This document shows, one piece after another, positions 49,641 through 64,000 of a stretch of DNA of 64,000 nt (positions within the stretch are counted from its first letter, which is position 1; the number at the start of each line of letters is the position of its first letter). A program made the position numbers and the translations under genes. Under the pieces are notes generated by a model, which worked only from the letters and a program-made list of their open reading frames with translations, was not told where the DNA came from and made no database searches. The stretch comes from Podarcis muralis. Taxonomy: Eukaryota. The DNA lies in the NCBI RefSeq assembly GCF_964188315.1, contig NC_135671.1, forward strand, positions 39,060,001 through 39,124,000, read 5' to 3'.

Positions 49641-52600
49641 GCGCAGCTGAACTAGACCAGCTGTTTGTTCCCAGAATTAAAGCAGATGGAAGAGGCAACA
49701 CCAAATAACTAGAGGCCAAGTCAAGTGACTATTTTCCTATGGACGCAGTGGTATTACCATTGCCTGAACCCGGAGAGCATCGATGCAATAAAAAGGTGCT
49801 TTTTAAGAAAAGAAAAGCCTGCAACCTGTATGTTTTATGCACAACTGTGTTTTGTTCTCTTCACATTATTTTGCCATTTTAAATATGTTGCATAATTTAG
49901 ACTGCAGGAGTACAACCCTCTTGAACTCAGTGGGATTTACCTCTGAGTAGACAGGTGCAGGGTCAGGCTGCAAGTCTGCACTTGCTAGTCATGGGGAGCT
50001 AAATGGAACATGAGAACTTACTGCATTTTTATTCAGCTTCCCCTCTAGTCGAGCATGCTTGAAAAATTAGCATAACTTCACAAGTGTTAACAAAAACACC
50101 TGTACATCAAAATACTCAGAAAAATGTGCTTGCTTAACCTTCCCCTATCAACCTGACTCTGAAGAGCCTGGTAGCAGCTGTCGTTGCAACTAATTTATTA
50201 AGTAACTACAGCTTTATGGCAGTGTAGTAATAATCCTTACTGTATAATTATAATTAACACTCACTTTCAACTTTTTATAACCATTATTTAAACATTTGTT
50301 TAAATAGTGTAGTTTTTATGTATTGAGTAAAATAATTTGGTTATTTCCAATATCTGTATCTAAACTCAAAATGGGCCTTAGTATGTGTTTAAGATATTAT
50401 GAATGCACACAACTGTCCAATGCAATGAGGATTTAAGATTTCTCATTTACCTTTTATGCCAAAAAGTAAGATAGTTAGGATTAACCTTTATCTACCAAAT
50501 GTGAAGAAAAACATACAAGAAGAGAAGGGCTCAAGCACTGCCAGACACAGTGCAGGCAAAGCACTGAATATCATTTTGAAACCATGTCAGTTGTTTGATT
50601 TTTGTCCTAATCATTTCAAACACAAAGCTTTGTACAAAAGTGACAAAGTAAAAAAAGGGCACCATCAGAAAAGGCTTCTGGAGACTTTGTACATGCAATG
50701 CCAAAGCATTTTGATGCAAGATATGCTTTTGCCATTGTTTGATTTTAAGCATATTTTACCAAGATGACTTATTTTGCCTTTGGAGTTGCATCAGCCATTC
50801 CTTATGCCTTTTTCAAACCTTTGTACTCAATAGGCCAATTGAGCCTCACACAGTGCGTTTCCTACAGTAGCCAACTAGATATTCCTCGGAAGGCCACAAG
50901 CAAATCATCAGACCTTCCCATCCTGCTGCTGTGCCCCAGTGACTGCTACTCAAAAGGCCTTTGCCATCTTACCATGGGATTCCCCACTGCTGCCACCAAA
51001 AAGGATTTATCACAAGGCTGTGTGCATGTGTGCAAGAGGCAGTTCAGGAGCAGAGAACCAGCTCCACCTCTGCAGCCCTGTGCTGGTTGATGAGGCAGCG
51101 GGGTGTGGGGGAGGTTACTGACTAGACCTCCGCATTTTAAAATGTCAACCGTCCTCCGTTCCCCACAGGGCGGGCAAATCTGCCCTGATGAACCAGTATG
51201 TTAACAACCGCTTCAGCAGTCGCTACAGAGCCACCATTGGAGCAGATTTCCTCAGCAAGGAAGTAAACATTGATGGACGCAAACTGACCGTGCAGGTAGG
51301 CTCAGCAGAGGCTCCCTGTTGGGCAAAGATCGCCCCCTAAGCTCATCCCATGTTACCCATTAAAAAAACCCTGTGCTCCAGCCTAGGGCAATTTTAGCAA
51401 CATACTCCATTTCCAGCTCCCATAATCCCTAAGCCATTGGCCATGCTGGCTGAGACTGGAGGGAGCCTTAACACCACCTGGAGGCCACAAGTTCCCCACT
51501 TCAGGTCTAAAATTATCCTATATGTGCCTTATGTAGCCAGAATGGCACCCTTCGTGCACAAGATGGAGGGAGCAGTAGCAGGGATCCAATTTCTGTACAA
51601 GCACCTATTTCAGGAAAATATTTAAAGGTGTGTGTGTAAGGGAGAGAATCTAAAATGGGCAAGTGAATTGACGGTTGTGCTCAGTGGCAATTGTGGTGGC
51701 AAATAAAATACAGGAAAATGGAACAGAATATTCTAGAAAAGGGGTCCTCTGGTCCCCTCAGTATGAGCACCCCAAATCTGCTATGTTTCGTTACAAGTGC
51801 CTTGTTTTAGCTTTATTGTGGCAGCCTTAAGAGAGTCAATAAGATACAGGCATTTGTGGACTAAAGCCTATCACCATGAGACAGGCCCCGGGTGGGGTGC
51901 CACAAGCATATTACAATGTGGACTCTAGCTATTTGCTAAAAATCAGTTCTTAGTTACAGCAAACACCCTTTCCCTTCTAGAATTAATGTTAATGACAATG
52001 CTGAATTCTTATTTCCATTTTTTGCAACCCCAATTTGTACAGAAGCAATATGCACAACTAAAAGAAATGAAATTTCAATATTGCTGCAGTCCCAAATATG
52101 CAGTGGCCCAACTCTTACGAATGAACACAATTCTCCATTGGGCTGCAAGGTCAACGTGACACACCTACACTTGGCCCTTCCTGTAAGGAGCTTACCATAT
52201 GGCTTCCAAAGTGATCTTCTATCTATGCAAAAGCTTACAAAGCTAGACCAGGTTAGCCTCAAGCTGAGCAGAATTTACACCACATGTGTTCAGATCATTC
52301 TTTGGGATCATGTTATCATTTGTTCCATGCAAAGTTTTATCAATTCATAGACAATTATGATGGCCAATGCCATACCAACAGGGCAAAATTAAACACCATC
52401 CATCCAAAAAAGCAAAAGGAAAAAAAACCAAGAGCATGGCAGAAAAGGCACCTTTACAGCAAACACCCCTGATCGAAGTGCATGAACCAAGATAGGGCCC
52501 CCCACCCCCACCCCCCAAAGATCCTTTACAATGCTAGCAGCCAATTTGGCTTGAGGAAAGGCTTCCAACCCGGAAGTTAGTGTGGGAGTGTGGTGAAGCC

Positions 52601-54963
52601 TGGGACGTGGTGAGAGGGAACATGGCGCCGAGCGGGCCGGCCTCGGCTGCTAAAAGAGAAGAGAACGCCATTATCCTAATTGGAGAGAGGGCTTAAGAGG
52701 AAGACGCTGTGTGGTGTTTAAATCCTGGATAAGTCATCGTTTGTGCCCAGGCTGCTGTCATAGAGGGCTGAGAGGCCAGTGGAGCCAGGACATTTGGCAC
52801 CCTACCCCCTAGACATCTTGAGGCTGTCACATTTCAATACTTCCCCTTGTGAAAAGCTTCTGCAAACTGGGTCCGAGGTGTCCACGAAAGACTGATGCTG
52901 TAAGTGGATTTTACTGCAGTGAAGAGGAAAACTTCACTATTATTATCCATCCAAGGAGCTTTCACCCACGGTGCCATCTTCTGGTGGTCTTAACTATCTT
53001 AGTTGTGTGTTAAATGTTATGTTATTTTAAGAATCGTATAATCCTTGGCCTGAGGAAAGTATGGGTCAGAACAAACGCTTGAGAGACTTTGACGAGCTTC
53101 CAACCCATATAGCAAACTAGTCGTGTCCATGTACGTCTGCACCACGCAGATCCAAGTTCTGTGACAAAGCTGAATTCAGCAGCTTGTGTGGTTTCTCATT
53201 TTGCACAATTGTCAGTTTCCACTAATCATAGGAAGCAACACTCAACATGACAGGGCTGCAGTCCCCATCTAATTCAGTACTTTTTCTGGCTGCTGGTTTA
53301 ATCCAAGATTGCCAACTTTTATGGCAAAACAGCACATCACAGCACTCGTTTTCTGGGTGCCAGTAACAATGGACAGCTGGCACCTGAAATGTAGAAGTAT
53401 GGATCATTGTTCTGCACTCCCAGAAACGTAGCTTGGGAGATGGGGTTCAAGAAAGCTGCTCCATCTCTTTATAGCCATTTGGTATTATATACATTCTGAT
53501 GTGTAGATTAGTTGTTGGCAGAATTGTGGCAGCCACTCAACCCTGGTCAAACATGGTGGAAGAATCCAGAACATCAATTGAATAAAGAAACGGGAGACTC
53601 TAGTCCACACCGTCATATGGCATGGTATCCCCTGATGCCCCCAGACAGCAAAACCTATGCTTGCTAACCTTTGTGAGAACCAAGATTAATGGAGGTAAGT
53701 CACCAAGGACCCAGGGATGTCTTGAAATCAAGGTCTCAGCTTCTACCCCTTCTTGCACCTAGATTTGGGACACAGCTGGTACAGAAAGGTTCCAAGCACT
53801 GGGGACTGCCCTCTACCGGGGGTCAGACTGCTGCCTTCTCGTCTTCGATGTCACATCTGTCAGCTCTTTCCACGCCCTGGAGAAGTGGCACAAGCAGCTC
53901 CTGTTGCAGATTGAGCCAGAGGAAGAGCCCACTTTCCCCACTGCTGTCATTGGGAACAAGATGGACCTGGAGAACCGTGAGGTGGGGCAGAGGTGGTTTT
54001 AGGGGAGTGCCACTGGTTCACCCACACTGGCTGCCAAGCTAAGGGGGCCCTGCAACAATAGCACACAGCGGAAGGCGAGAGGCGCCACCCCCACCCTCCA
54101 GATTTTGGCATTGCACAGTGCACTGCTGAAATTTTAAAGCCCAAAGTCTGCCACTGGGCAGGGCTACATATGAAGCCAGGTGCAGGGCACAAGTCCACAT
54201 CCTGTATGGCTCTCAGACATATTGGGTTGGAGTAGCTAGGGGTCAGAACTCTTTAGGGGTTCTGTTAGGGGGCTGTAAGAACTCTTTGCAATGACTCAAG
54301 GAGATGGGGAGTGGACAGAAAGTTCAGGGAATATTGTATCCTAATGAACAGCTTCACCAGAGGACTTTGGCATAATTGTTGAGCAGAGATGTAGAATTTG
54401 GTATCTGGGGAAGAATTATATTATCTTAAAGATTTGCTCTCATTGTGTACACTAAAAAGACCACAAGCTTTTTGATTAAGAGCTGCAGATGGAATTGGGA
54501 AGAGAGCAGAGTATGCCCAAGCCCTGTTTTTCTCCAGGTGTCTTCTGAGGAAGCAGAAATGTGGAGCAAGCTTCATGAAGCCAAATACTTTGAAACCAGC
54601 GCCAAGGAAGCCACCAACGTGCAGGAGGTGTTTGAGTGGGCCATACGGGCCGTACTAAAGAATGTAAGAAACCTCATTTTCAGCCCTGCCCTTATAAGGC
54701 CCCAGACAGACCACATACCTTTGAGATTGCTTTTATCCCTGAAAAAAACACCTCTCCCAGCTTTCAACTTTCTTATAAGACAAAGTCCTTCCCAACAGCC
54801 TGCATCTCATGCCCTTTGCCCATCTGCATCAACCACTTGCCCCCTCACCACTTTTCTTTTTGTTTCACCTCAGCGGAGGGTACCGGAAGAGCCACAACCG
54901 GACTCAGTTCACCTGGAGACCAGGCCACCAGAAGGGGCAGCCAGAGAGAAGTGTAGCTGCTGA
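49101..54963 (+). CDS. RAB7A-like small GTPase (divergent Rab7-family paralogue), 5 exons, 202 aa
   Basis: Exons 49101-49147, 51169-51295, 53763-53981, 54538-54663, 54874-54963 (47/127/219/126/90 nt; same phases as RAB7A, with the 127- and 219-nt exons equal in size). G1 GNSGAGKS, effector [10 protein letters not shown]3 WDTAGT, G4 NKMD, G5 ETSAK, C-terminal CSC. Open frame throughout, CpG-island promoter, AATAAA at 55203. Confidence 0.92.
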
Positions 54964-55202
54964 TCTGACCAAATACAGATGGGAAGATTCCTTCTGTCTG
55001 AGGGGGTGGGCTCTTCATGCTCTGCAATCCCGAAGGGTGAAAGTGCAACCCCACAGAACAGCCCCAAGGACATTTGGCAAGGCTGCAGCACACAGCTTCT
55101 GGAGCTGGATCCCAAGGTAGACCTTTGTTCTCTGGATGACACAGCCTAGCGCACTTGGGAGAGCTGGATCATATCCCAGGCTACTCTTCCCAAGCACATG
55201 GA

Positions 55203-55208
55203 AATAAA
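55203..55208 (+). terminator. Polyadenylation signal of the RAB7-like gene
   Basis: AATAAA 240 nt after TGA at 54963, followed by T/GT-rich sequence. Confidence 0.65.
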
Positions 55209-55381
55209 GCTGAATACCAATATTGTGCTTTTCAATGGTGAAAACACTTGTGTCCCAGCCCTCCCACGAGGGTAAGAGGGCTCTTCTCCCAAAAGGTAGC
55301 CAGAAACTCCCTAGTACGAGAAGAGGATGAGGGAAAGATCTAGTTTCACAGACAGAACCTGGTTTCCAAAAAAAGGAGGTC

Positions 55382-55387
55382 TTTAAT
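55382..55387 (-). terminator. Candidate polyadenylation signal of HCFC1
   Basis: ATTAAA on the - strand at the end of a long low-complexity 3' UTR (about 1.4 kb after the stop at 56803). Confidence 0.5.
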
Positions 55388-56802
55388 TGTTCAAAATAGC
55401 ACAAAAACGACAGATACGCAGCACTAGGGTGAGGGGGAGCGGCGGGGTGGACAGCCATGGGGAACTCCTAGGAGGACTGTTCCTGTCTCAAAGGAAAATA
55501 AATGGGGTAGGAGAATAGGGTAGGAAGAATCTTAGGGTCTGAACAGGAAGGGGACACAGCGAAATACATTATAATACAAAAGACCAGGGCACAGAGCAAG
55601 TTGATGGGGAAGGGGGTCTGCTCCTGGGTTTGTTTGCTATTTTTTGGAGGGGGCCTGCTTTACCTGCCAAATCTCTTTGACAATGGAGAGGTAGGACATA
55701 GCAGTCAGTGCAGCTGTTTGCATTTCATTTTATAGCCTATTCCCCACCATCTCTGAAGAATAAGCCCTGACTGCTCTTCTCCCTTCCCCTCTGTGGAATG
55801 TACAGAGAGGCAGCGAGTGGAGGGGGTGTACATATTCCTCTGGAGTGGGAGGGAACCTAGATCCCTACCCCAGCCAGAGGGAAAGCTGTACTTCAACAGG
55901 CAAAAGTATTGTCCCGCAGTCTTGTTCCTAGCTTATCACCCTGACCTTGTGGGGTCAGACTCCATCCCTCCAAAATGTCTCCCCCTCCCCCCTAAAAAAG
56001 GGTTTTATATAAAACGATGGAGAGGAATGGCAAGGCATTTTTGCCTAGACATGCCGCCTTGTGGTCTGGAGAGGGAAGAGCAGAGGGAAAAATCAGCTTG
56101 TGCTGTTAGAGGAATTGCTGCATGTGTAGAGAAGAGGGGGGTGGGTTGAAGCCACAAGCGCCCTGGGCTCAGCATCTGAACAGCTGTTGTAGAATGAGCT
56201 GCATCCCCCCACCCACCCCCAAAAGTAGCTGCATTGGTGGTCCAACCACCTCCCGCCCCTCCCTCCCCAAACAGCCCCTCCCTCCCTCTCTCTCCGTTAC
56301 CAACGCAGACACTAAAAACTAAACTGAGGGAGAGGGTCTGTACAGAGGCAAGAAATGGAGGCAGGGAGAGTAACCCTCCCACCCCCAAGACACAGGATGC
56401 TGGGGTATACAAAAAGAACTTCATTCCTGTAACTGCAACTTGTAAAAAACCCAACAGCCCCCCTCCCCCCATAACAATTCCCCCCTCCAAACCCACCCCT
56501 AACATCAGCGTCCATGTTAAACGGGGCAGCAGCAGGGGGCAGGGGAGGAACTCCAGTCCTTCTCCCCCCTCCCTAGGCTGGGGCATGGCATGGCATAGCA
56601 TGGCATGGCACAGCGATGGCCCCTGCTTGGGGCTCCCTCACTTGAGCCTCTGCGTCCTCCGCCCCAAGAGTCCAGCCCCGTGGTGTGTGAAATGTGCTTT
56701 CAGCGGTTCCATCTTCCTCCACACAGAGGGGCGGCTGACTGGCTGGGGGTTCAGGTGGAGGCTGTGGAGCAGGCAGGAAGAGGGGAGAGCAGGGGATGCC
56801 CT

Positions 56803-63813
<7,011 letters not shown>

Positions 63814-64000
63814 CTAGATGCTGGGGATGCTGGACTTGGCATCAGAAGGCTGGGCGATGGAAAGGCAAACTTGGCATCATCTTTGGAGAGCTACTTTACT
63901 GAGTCTGTCTCTGCCTCACAAGGTTTGCTAGCAGCTTTTAGGCAACTTGCAACATTAAGGCAGAATTGCTTATGCTGGATCAGACTGAAGGTCCATCTGG

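Noticed and set aside
48635-49708. ORFs of 144-309 aa around the RAB7-like promoter
   Set aside because: CpG-island artefacts; the real coding part is 49101-49147.
49101-54963. Calling the GTPase RAB7B or RAB9
   Set aside because: Effector and switch regions ([20 protein letters not shown] end) and exon phases follow RAB7A; no symbol assigned without a phylogeny.

Overview
Eukaryotic (vertebrate) genomic DNA, almost certainly a squamate reptile and probably a lacertid lizard, judged from Sauria-SINE, Squam3-like SINE, BovB and lizard-type MITE content (inference). The window is the block syntenic to human Xq28. In order it holds ARHGAP4 exon 1 (-), a complete 3-exon NUDT16 (-), complete NAA10 (-, 8 exons), complete RENBP (-, 10 coding exons), a complete 5-exon RAB7A-like GTPase gene (+) and the last 8 coding exons of HCFC1 (-). 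All exons were built by hand from GT-AG boundaries and phase continuity; comparisons are to human and Xenopus proteins recalled from memory, with no database search run. Two genes are extra relative to the human block ARHGAP4-NAA10-RENBP-HCFC1. The first is the RAB7-like paralogue, which has an intact G-box set and CXC tail but Q67T, S72A and F77L at regulatory positions. The second is NUDT16, which has an intact Nudix box but Arg50->Gln. The remainder is CpG-island promoters, microsatellites and many transposon relics (Tc1/mariner and hAT MITEs, SINEs, L1/L2/CR1/BovB fragments, one solo LTR with TSD). No CRISPR array, rRNA or true tRNA gene was found.
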